Assembly: GCA_963820485.1 (NCBI GenBank) | Contig: CAWFZW010000004.1 | Coordinates: 61,743-125,742, forward strand | DNA from: Candidatus Nealsonbacteria bacterium | Lineage (GTDB): Bacteria > Patescibacteriota > Minisyncoccia > Minisyncoccales > JBGOYX01 | Direction: 5' to 3' | Length of the DNA: 64,000 nt | Shown: in pieces, positions 1-7,394 of the stretch | Layout of the letters: every line of letters starts with the position of its first letter | Numbering within the stretch: position 1 is the first letter of the stretch | The notes under the pieces: model-generated | The model's input: the letters and a program-made list of their open reading frames with translations, nothing else | Told to the model about the DNA's origin: nothing | Database searches by the model: none | Translations under genes and position numbers: made by a program

Positions 1-186
1 AAATTCGCAATTTGGCCCAGTCCGACTAACTGCAGAACCATCAGGACAAATCTTTGCCTCTTGAGTGCAAGCAACTGGTTTTGGTGCCTTCTTTACCAAA
101 AAATAATACGTTCCTCCTCCTAAAGCAAGAACTCCAATAATTATTAAGACTATTAAAATTGGTGCAACGCCTTTATTGTTTTTCAT
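1..186 (-). CDS. small exported/membrane-anchored Cys-containing protein, 5' part only (gene runs off the window start)
   Basis: ATG at 186-184. Translates MKNNKGVAPILIVLIIIGVLALGGGTYYFLVKKAPKPVACTQEAKICPDGSAVSRTGPNCEF with no stop before position 1. Hydrophobic N-terminal anchor. Junction module copy A lies 9 nt upstream. Confidence 0.45.
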   Translation of the reverse strand, partial: MKNNKGVAPILIVLIIIGVLALGGGTYYFLVKKAPKPVACTQEAKICPDGSAVSRTGPNCEF

Positions 187-195
187 ATTATTTGA

Positions 196-292
196 TTTTA
201 CCAAAAAACCGCCTTCTTGGCGATTTTTAGGCCTCTCGGTCTCTCGATAAAAAATGTTGATGGCTCGCTCTAGCGGACGATTTTAGAACTTT
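196..292 (-). repeat. junction module copy A (hairpin + TTTTTTGGTAAAAT) plus 3' element AGTTCTAAAATCGTCCGCTAGAG
   Basis: Minus strand reads AAAAATCGCCAAGAAGGCGGTTTTTTGGTAAAAT. The -10-like hexamer ends 9 nt before the ATG at 186. Confidence 0.7.
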
Positions 293-378
293 GAGATGGG
301 AGGAAGTATATAAATATCCTGAGGTAGCTTTAGGACAGATAAGGGAATTGATTGGACGACGTTATAACCTATTTGGCC

Positions 379-870
379 TTACAAACTAATTAGTTTTTGA
401 GGGTCATCAGGTAAATGGTCAATTCCCTCAAATTCTTTTACTACAATTGATTTTATTCTTTGTTTAATTTCTGGCCTAACGAAAGTGATTGTCATTTCTT
501 TTTCTCCGCCAATACTTTCACAGTCATCTTCAATTAACACATCGGGGATAATTTTTTCAGCAATATCTTTATAAGATTCTCCATCTTGGCGATAAAAAAT
601 TTGTCCTTTTGGAAAATTATATTTTTCTAAAACTGATTTATCTTTTTCAACATCATCAGAATTTTCGTGAGAACTTAAATAGATGATTTCTGCACCCTTC
701 ATTTCCCAACCCTTTAACTTTTCAACCGCATTACCAATAGGAACATAAGAAGCAAAATCAAGAACAGATGCTTCGTCTTCAGTAACTTGTTTAGCTATGT
801 CTTCCCTTCTATGCCCCATTCCACCCTTATGCATTATCGTTGTTCCGTGTAGAAATGCTAAAATCTTCAT
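379..870 (-). CDS. hypothetical protein (cassette ORF, function unknown)
   Basis: 163 aa ORF in the track. Module copy B is immediately upstream, with TAGAAT ending 6 nt before the ATG. Confidence 0.6.
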   Translation of the reverse strand: MKILAFLHGTTIMHKGGMGHRREDIAKQVTEDEASVLDFASYVPIGNAVEKLKGWEMKGAEIIYLSSHENSDDVEKDKSVLEKYNFPKGQIFYRQDGESYKDIAEKIIPDVLIEDDCESIGGEKEMTITFVRPEIKQRIKSIVVKEFEGIDHLPDDPQKLISL

Positions 871-876
871 ATTCCC

Positions 877-945
877 ATTCTACCAAAAAACCGCCTGCTT
901 GGCGATTTTTGTTGGCTCCCCTGGTTGGACGATGTTAGAACCTGG
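877..945 (-). repeat. junction module copy B
   Basis: Minus strand reads CAGGTTCTAACATCGTCCAACCAGGGGAGCCAACAAAAATCGCCAAGCAGGCGGTTTTTTGGTAGAAT. Confidence 0.7.
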
Positions 946-977
946 TTAGATGAAATAAATGGGTTTTTATCTAAGAC

Positions 978-1394
978 TTACAATATAGATTTCTTTAACC
1001 AATAATAGCTGCTAAAGAAAAGTACAACATCAATAAAAATAAGTTTTCCTATCTGGCCAAAATTAAATAGGCCATATATCACAGTTACAATAGTTTGAAT
1101 TATTACGAAAACCATTGTTAGTCCAATACTAATTTTAACAATATCTGCCCTAGGAATAATAGCTTTATTGAGGACTGTTCTTATTCCGACTTTAGACGAA
1201 TAAAAGAAAACAGCGGCTATAATTAACCACTCTAAAATACTTAGAATATTCTCACCTAAAAAACCAGACAGTAGCCAAGAAATTATCCTCCAAATTATTC
1301 CAACAACAATTAAATAGACAATGATGTATGACCAAATATTAGCAATAACCCAAAATTTACTTTTTTGAGGTTTTTGTGAAGTATTCTGTTCCAT
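978..1394 (-). CDS. hypothetical integral membrane protein (cassette ORF)
   Basis: 138 aa ORF with several long hydrophobic stretches. Module copy C is upstream. Confidence 0.6.
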   Translation of the reverse strand: MEQNTSQKPQKSKFWVIANIWSYIIVYLIVVGIIWRIISWLLSGFLGENILSILEWLIIAAVFFYSSKVGIRTVLNKAIIPRADIVKISIGLTMVFVIIQTIVTVIYGLFNFGQIGKLIFIDVVLFFSSYYWLKKSIL

Positions 1395-1442
1395 TATTTT
1401 AATTTATTAAGATTTTATCTATTATAGTTACGACCTTCCCTC

Positions 1443-1549
1443 ATTCTACCAAAAAACCGCCCAAAGAAATAGGCGGAATTATCAGCTCCCCTGGTTGGAC
1501 GATGCCTGCCCCGTAGACAGCTTCGCTGTTCTACTGGGGTTAGAACCTG
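1443..1549 (-). repeat. junction module copy C, with a 35 nt hairpin inserted in the 3' element
   Basis: Minus strand reads CAGGTTCTAAC[CCCAGTAGAACAGCGAAGCTGTCTACGGGGCAGGC]ATCGTCCAACCAGGGGAGCTG...CCGCCTATTTCTTTGGGCGGTTTTTTGGTAGAAT. Confidence 0.7.
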
Positions 1550-1575
1550 TTTTTTAGATATAATTATCAATTAAA

Positions 1576-2190
1576 TCACCACTTTATTAAAAATTCGTGA
1601 TATTCGTCCCCTCTGTGGACACACTTTGTTTCTTCTCCTATTGTCTCTTTTCCAGTTATTACCTGGATTATACTGGAATAATATCCTGTAAGAAAATAGC
1701 AGTAATCACGCGGCGAGTTAATCGGATAAACAGGATAGTCTTTAAGCCTGAGAATTGCATATTTTTTTTCTTCGCTATATTCTGGCACCGTAAACTCTCC
1801 GACTGTAAAGTACATTCTGTACATCTTCGAACTTAATTTAGCAGCCTTCTCGATAGAAATTAGATATTTTGTCCAAATCGTTATAATATTAGGAAACTTA
1901 AAACAAAACTTTCCCATTTCTTGAAATTTTTGTTCATCGTAATGAAAAAGCTTTCTAAGAAGTACAAAGGTAATAACACTCCACCATAGAGGATAAAAAG
2001 CCATCGCTTTTAACTTTTCGTATTTAATCGGACAACCGAGGCTTGACATCGCTTCTTCTAATTTCTTTAGCCCTTCTTTTTTATTTTCCCGAAGAATATA
2101 TTTTCCGTAGTTTTTTAATGCTAATCCTCTTATTTCCCCCTTAACATTCATTATTTTTTCTAATTCTTCCTTGGATATTATTGGTTCCAT
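1576..2190 (-). CDS. hypothetical protein (cassette ORF)
   Basis: ORF 1576..2244 in the track begins at a TTG inside the module. ATG at 2190 (MEPIISKEELEK...) lies 8 nt after the TAGAAT of module copy D, so the start is placed there. Confidence 0.6.
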   Translation of the reverse strand: MEPIISKEELEKIMNVKGEIRGLALKNYGKYILRENKKEGLKKLEEAMSSLGCPIKYEKLKAMAFYPLWWSVITFVLLRKLFHYDEQKFQEMGKFCFKFPNIITIWTKYLISIEKAAKLSSKMYRMYFTVGEFTVPEYSEEKKYAILRLKDYPVYPINSPRDYCYFLTGYYSSIIQVITGKETIGEETKCVHRGDEYHEFLIKW

Positions 2191-2198
2191 ATTACCCC

Positions 2199-2267
2199 AT
2201 TCTACCAGAAAACCGCCCCAACAATAAGGCGGTATTATCCACAAGCTGACTCCCCTGATCCAACGCC
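2199..2267 (-). repeat. junction module copy D
   Basis: Minus strand reads GGCGTTGGATCAGGGGAGTCAGC...CCGCCTTATTGTTGGGGCGGTTTTCTGGTAGAAT. Confidence 0.65.
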
Positions 2268-2452
2268 TTGCTCGTCTGAATTTTTAATAAAGGAGGGATA
2301 TTAAAACATGTTTTACTACCTAAAAAATTCGGCGATGAGACCACCTTCTAATAGCTTACGTTTTATAGTGAGTAGGACGCTCAATATACCGGGCGGCGTA
2401 CCGCCCGTTATAAAGATTTTTAATTTTTGTAAACAATAGAACTTCTAATTAT

Positions 2453-3199
2453 CTAATCAGTAACTTTTATTGTGGTCGTATAAACCATCTCGTCGTTATA
2501 ATAGATATTTAAATCAAATTCTCCTTTTCCAACTATCCTGGGTAAATCTGAGCCGGTTCCTGTGTCCCTTCCTTCTAACTTTTGTTTGTAGCCTGAGGAA
2601 GTAAACGCAACTTCTCCAGTAATCTGATTTATTGCTTCATAATATGCTTCGCCCTTGGCTGTGGATTTCACGCCGACAAAATCAATTTCTATGGCATCAG
2701 TTGTTTTAAACTCGGTTGTCGGTATAGGAATATTGTTTGGACCTGGTGGCATTCCCAGCTTCATTTTAGAGATAACAATCTTGTTAAAATATTGAGAATA
2801 AGAAGGGGGTTCGGAACATACTTCTTTCTTACAGAATAATCCTTTTTCGCAGTCTTTGTATGTTGAACAAACATCTTTTTTCTTCCCTTCTGTACACTTA
2901 CCACTTACGCAATAATTTGTTAAACAATCTACTTTAGCAATACAGGGGTCACCTCTTTTTCCTTCAGTGCATTTATTGGTAACGCAAAAATTAGTTTTAC
3001 AATCTGCTTTTATTTCACAATTTGATCCTGCCTCGCCAGAAGAACAAATTTTATTCGCGCATTTTAATCCTGTTTCACAGGTTTCTGTACTTTTACAGAC
3101 CGCACCCTCTGGAAGTTTTCTCAAGAAAAAATACCATCCCCAAAGCCCAAGCACTGCTAAAATAACGATAACAAAAATAATAATAACTATTTTTTTCAT
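2453..3199 (-). CDS. secreted/membrane-anchored cysteine-rich repeat protein
   Basis: 248 aa. N-terminal hydrophobic anchor (IIIFVIVILAVLGLWGWYFF) followed by five CxxxxC(x)nC modules (for example GDPCIAKVDCLTNYCVSGKCTEG). Module copy E is upstream. Confidence 0.7.
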   Translation of the reverse strand: MKKIVIIIFVIVILAVLGLWGWYFFLRKLPEGAVCKSTETCETGLKCANKICSSGEAGSNCEIKADCKTNFCVTNKCTEGKRGDPCIAKVDCLTNYCVSGKCTEGKKKDVCSTYKDCEKGLFCKKEVCSEPPSYSQYFNKIVISKMKLGMPPGPNNIPIPTTEFKTTDAIEIDFVGVKSTAKGEAYYEAINQITGEVAFTSSGYKQKLEGRDTGTGSDLPRIVGKGEFDLNIYYNDEMVYTTTIKVTD

Positions 3200-3238
3200 A
3201 TTTTTATTAATTATATTTAGTAGATGACCTTTTCTTCT

Positions 3239-3280
3239 ATTCTACCAAAAAACCGCCCTCTTGAGAAAGTGGCCGAAATC
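3239..3280 (-). repeat. junction module copy E
   Basis: Minus strand reads GCCGATTTCGGCCACTTTCTCAAGAGGGCGGTTTTTTGGTAGAAT. Confidence 0.65.
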
Positions 3281-3307
3281 GGCTCCGGAGGTAGGATTCG
3301 AACCTCT
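3281..3307 (-). other. tRNA 3'-end fragment (T-loop + 3' acceptor strand only), candidate att-type remnant
   Basis: Minus strand reads AGAGGTTCGAATCCTACCTCCGGAGCC. GGTTCGAATCC is the canonical T-arm signature. No D-arm or anticodon arm precedes it, because the nrdG stop is 7 nt upstream. Confidence 0.6.
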
Positions 3308-3314
3308 TTAAAAA

Positions 3315-4010
3315 TTACCTTACCTGACAAATCTCAAAAAATGGCGCGATGACTTTTTGAATTTCCAATAGAAATTCTTGAGGATAGGGTTTTATTTTTT
3401 CAAATTTGGGGTTAATTGTTTTTTCCGGCCGAAAATTCTGCAAATAGTATCTTTTAGCTCCTCTAATCCATTTTGCCATTTCTATTACATCTTCTTTTTT
3501 GTGTAAAGTAGGAACAATAGTGCTTCTAAATTCATAATCAACTCTCTCTTCTTTTAAAATATCAATGCTTTTTTGGATTTTTTTTATATCAACTTTTGCT
3601 CCGGAAAAATCACTGTATCTTTCTTTTGGCCCTTTAATGTCCATTGCAATATAATCAATTAATTTTTGGTCAATTAGATTTTTTAATAATTTTGGGTCTG
3701 AACCATTGGTATCTAATTTTACCAAAAATCCCATTTTCTTTATTTTTTTAATGAGCGGCACCAAACCCTTAGTAGTTGTCGGTTCTCCGCCGCACAAAAC
3801 TACGCCGTCAATCAATTCTTTTCTTTCCTTTAAAAAATTAAAAAATTCAATTTCTGAAATTTTTGGTTGATTTTTTATTTTTTCCGGTAAAACAAATTCA
3901 GAACTGTAACAAAAAGGACAGCGAAAGTTACAGCCAGTAAGAAAAACAGTGGCCGCCAAGCGACCCGGAAAATCAATAAGAGTTAATTTTTGAATGCCAG
4001 CTATTTGCAT
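3315..4010 (-). CDS. nrdG: anaerobic ribonucleoside-triphosphate reductase activating protein (radical SAM)
   Basis: 231 aa. CNFRCPFCYS is the CxxxCxxC radical-SAM motif. Sits directly downstream of nrdD. Confidence 0.9.
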   Translation of the reverse strand: MQIAGIQKLTLIDFPGRLAATVFLTGCNFRCPFCYSSEFVLPEKIKNQPKISEIEFFNFLKERKELIDGVVLCGGEPTTTKGLVPLIKKIKKMGFLVKLDTNGSDPKLLKNLIDQKLIDYIAMDIKGPKERYSDFSGAKVDIKKIQKSIDILKEERVDYEFRSTIVPTLHKKEDVIEMAKWIRGAKRYYLQNFRPEKTINPKFEKIKPYPQEFLLEIQKVIAPFFEICQVR

Positions 4011-4023
4011 TTAAGCTCATTGA

Positions 4024-6175
4024 TTACCATTCTAAAGTTTTCGTAATTTTGAATTCTTTTCTTTCTTTAAATTCTTCTTGTTTCCCTTCATTCCATTGAT
4101 CACCGGCCTTAAATACCCCACTACTCTTGAATAAACTTCGCAAGGCTGTTTGATTGTGCATTCTCGGACAAAAAAGTGTTCTCCTTCCAGATAACCATGA
4201 CTGGGACAAATTGAAAAAGTCGGAGTTAAAGTGATATAAGGCAAATGGAAATTTTCAAAAACTTTTTTAATCAAATTTTTAACCGTCTGGATATCAGAAA
4301 TTCTTTCTCCCAAAAAGAGATGTAAAACTGTGCCGCCAGTATATTTACACTGAATTTCATCTTGAAGTTTTAAAGCCTCAAAAGCATCATCGGTGTAATT
4401 ACCGGCAATTGGCTGGAGTTTGTATAATAAGGAACTTTTTTTGTTCCAGCACGAAATAATGTCCGGATATTTTTCTTTATCTTTTTGAGCGAAACGATAA
4501 GCAGTAGATTCGGCTGGCGTTGCTTCTAAGTTATAAATATTGCCAGTTTCTTTTTGATATTCAATTAATTTTTCTCTCATAAAATTTAAAATTTCTAAAG
4601 CAAATCTTCTTCCTCTTTTTGAAGCGATATTTTCTCCCAATAAAATTCAAAAGGGCTTCGTTCATTCCTACCAAACCAATGGTTGAAAAATGATTGGCAT
4701 AATAACCTCCTCTTGTTTTTTTAATCCCTGCAAATAAAATTTTGAATAAGGATAAAGACCTTTTTCAATAAAATTTTCCAAAGTTTTTCTTTTGATCTCC
4801 AAACTCTCTTTTGCCAAATCCATCATTTTCCCAAGTCTTTCAAAAAATTCTTTTTTGGTTTTTGACAAATAGCCAATTCTGGGCAAGATTCATTGTTACA
4901 ACGCCAGAGACTGCCAGTTAAGCTGCCGCTCCAAACAATCCTCCGCCGCCTCGGTTATAAAGTTCGGTTAAATCTCAAACTGAAGCCTGCAGCACATTGA
5001 CCTTACATCATCTGGTTTCATTTCGGAATTAATGTAATTGGCGAAATAATTTGTGCCGTATTTTGCCGAGGCCTCAAAAATAAGATCAAAAGCCGGGTCA
5101 TCCCAAGGAAAATCTTTAGTGATATTAATGGTGGGAATGGGAAAATGAAAGGGCCTTCCTGATTTATCTCCTCCTACCATCGTTTCATAAAAAGCCTTAT
5201 TAAAGATTTTCATTTCTTCTTCAAATTCCCGTAAGTTTCATTCTGAGGTTTCCGCCAATAATCACAGGTTGTTTGGCGAAAACTGGAGAAGGTTTAAGGT
5301 CTAAAGTAATATTAGTAAATGGACATTGAAATCCGACCCGGGTAGGAACTGCCATATTAAATAAAAATTCCTGTATAGCTTGTTTTACTTGTTGATAATT
5401 TAAATTGTCATAACGAATGAAAGGAGCAACAAAGTGTCAAAATTTGAAAAAGCAACAGCGCCAGCCGTTTCGCCTTGAAGAGTATATAAGAAAATTTACT
5501 GCCTGGCCTAAAGATTACCCTGAAAATGTTTTGCGGGTTTTGATTCAATTTTTCCCGGAACTCCTCCAAAACCTTTAAGCAATAAATCATACAAATCCCA
5601 TCCGGCACAATAAGGACCGAGAGTATCTAAATTATGGATATGAAAATCTCCGGATTCATTTGCTTCTCTGATTTCTTTTGGATAAATTTTGTTAAGCCAA
5701 TATTTTTTAACAATGTAAGAAACTCCGTAATGATTTAATCCCTGCAAAGAAAAAGCCATGTTGGCATTTTCTTGAACTTCCCAGTCAAGTTTCTCCAAGT
5801 ATTGATCAATTTTTCAACTGCCTCTTCGGAAAACTGTCACTGCTTCCCTGATTCTTCTTCTTTGTTCTCTGTAAAGAATATAAGCTTTCGCAGTTTCAAC
5901 TAAGCCTTCCAAAATTAAAACTTCTTCTACGAGATCTTGAATCTGTTCAACATCAGGAATTTCTTCTTGTGTGCGACCAAAACGGCGATTTAAAATTTTA
6001 ACAATCGGCGATTTAAAATTTTAACAACTTTTTCAGAAATTCTTTTTGATTTTTTCCCATCGCCCTGGCCGGTAGCTGTTATGGCTTTAAAAATAGCGTT
6101 GGTAATTTTTTCTTGGTCGAAGTCAACAATAGTTCCGTCTCTTTTTTTAACTTTAGTAATTTTATTTTGAGCCAT
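4024..6175 (-). CDS. nrdD: anaerobic ribonucleoside-triphosphate reductase, interrupted by several frameshifts and a 23 nt tandem duplication
   Basis: Fragments 5990..6175 (ATP-cone, KKRDGTIVDFDQEKI), 5508..5798, 4968..5213, 4668..4886, 4032..4640 and 4024..4209. The C-terminal glycyl-radical region is RVVGYLRPV / WNEGKQEEFKERKEF. Confidence 0.85.
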
Positions 6176-6366
6176 GGCGATAAAAAACGCACCTTTTTTA
6201 TATCTTATAACAAACTGGCGATATTCCTTAAAGGTGCGGTATAAAAAAATCTCTTATAAAGAAGAATGTTATTTCATTTTAACTCAATAAAAAACTCCGT
6301 CAAATGGAGTCAAATTCTGTTAAAAATTGGAGTTATACACACCTTCAAAAACCCCGTTTAGCGAGG

Positions 6367-7297
6367 TCAAAAACCAGTAGCAATGACACTTACCTTTATT
6401 TCTCCTTCTTTCAAATTTTTATCTTTTAAGGCTCCAAAAATTACCTTAGCTTCTGGGTTAATTTCTTGGGTAATTAATTTAGCCACTTCGTCTATTTCAG
6501 AAAGGCTTAAGGTCGTCACCTCCTGAAATATTAAATAAAACTCCTTTTGCTCCTTTGCAAGATATATTAAGCAAGGGAGAATTAATTGCCCGCTTTGCTG
6601 CCTCAGTGGCTCTGTTTTCTCCACAAGCTGAACCTATTCCAAACAAAGCTGTGCCAGAATTTTTCATTATTGAATAAACATCAGCAAAATCAACATTTAT
6701 TATGCCAGGTAAAAAAATTAAATCAGTAATTCCTTGAACTGCTTGTCTTAAAATATCATCGCAAACCCAAAAAGCGGCAGAAACAGAAGTTTTAGGATCC
6801 AGATTTTCCAATAATTTATCATTTTCAATTGTAATCAAACTATCAACTTTTCCTTTTAGTAGTCTTTCAGTATTCTCAGCAATTTTCCTACGGAAAATTC
6901 CCTCAAAGGAAAAAGGTAGAGTAACTATTGCCACGGTCAAAGCTCCTGAATTTTTGGAAATCTCGGAAATAATTGGCGAAGCTCCGGAACCCGTACCTCC
7001 GCCCAAACCACAAGTAATAAAAACCATATCAGAATTTTTTAAAACTTCTTGAATTTCGTTTTTGCTTTCCTGGGCTGCCTTTTTTCCAATTTCAGGATTC
7101 ATACCGGTTCCTAAACCCTGAGTAATATTTTTCCCAATTCTTAATTTGAAATCAGCTTTAGTTTTCTTTAAATCCTGGTCATCGGTATTAATAGCAATCA
7201 ACTCAATTCCTTTAATTTTAGCTTTCCTCATTCTTAAAATGGCATTACATCCTGAACCTCCAACCCCTACTACTTTAATTTTGGTAATAGATTTCAT
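6367..7297 (-). CDS. ftsZ: cell division protein FtsZ (one frameshift near 6500-6620)
   Basis: Fragments 6497..7297 and 6367..6624. Motifs GVGGSGCNA and GLGGGTGSGASPI (tubulin signature). Confidence 0.9.
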
Positions 7298-7394
7298 AAA
7301 TTTATTGCCGAATCAAGGTTCTCGCCGTAGGCGAGGTTCTTATTTTTGTTATTGTTTTCATGGTATAAAAATTTAACCGCTAACGTAGAAATTT

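Noticed and set aside
877-955. A classical integron attC site (RYYYAAC ... GTTRRRY).
   Set aside because: Only one heptamer per element fits, and only loosely. I found no complementary R' partner that would fold the whole site into the bulged hairpin typical of attC. The hairpin present covers only the terminator-like part, and no intI/attI is in the window. The resemblance is kept as a note inside a finding only.
2308-2439. A plus-strand 43-codon ORF (MFYYLKNSAMRPP...) with an AAAGGAGGG SD, antisense within the cassette array.
   Set aside because: The SD-ATG spacing is long (11 nt). The GC-rich hairpin GGGCGGCGTACCGCCC (2391-2406) lies inside it. It is short with no detectable homology signal by eye, so it is not called as a feature.
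196-3280. A CRISPR array formed by the repeated TTCTACCAAAAAACCGCC units.
   Set aside because: The repeats are separated by 0.45-0.9 kb of coding ORFs rather than 25-50 nt spacers. Spacing is irregular, the units are not identical, and no cas genes are present.
4024-6175. Stop-codon reassignment (TGA as Gly or Trp, as in some candidate phyla) as the explanation for the fragmented genes.
   Set aside because: Most adjacent fragments are in different frames (for example ftsZ 7297 versus 6624, and ileS alternating frames). The apparent in-frame stops I traced (nrdD near 5800, ileS 52300-52345) are explained by compensating -1/+1 homopolymer indels and include TAG and TAA as well as TGA.
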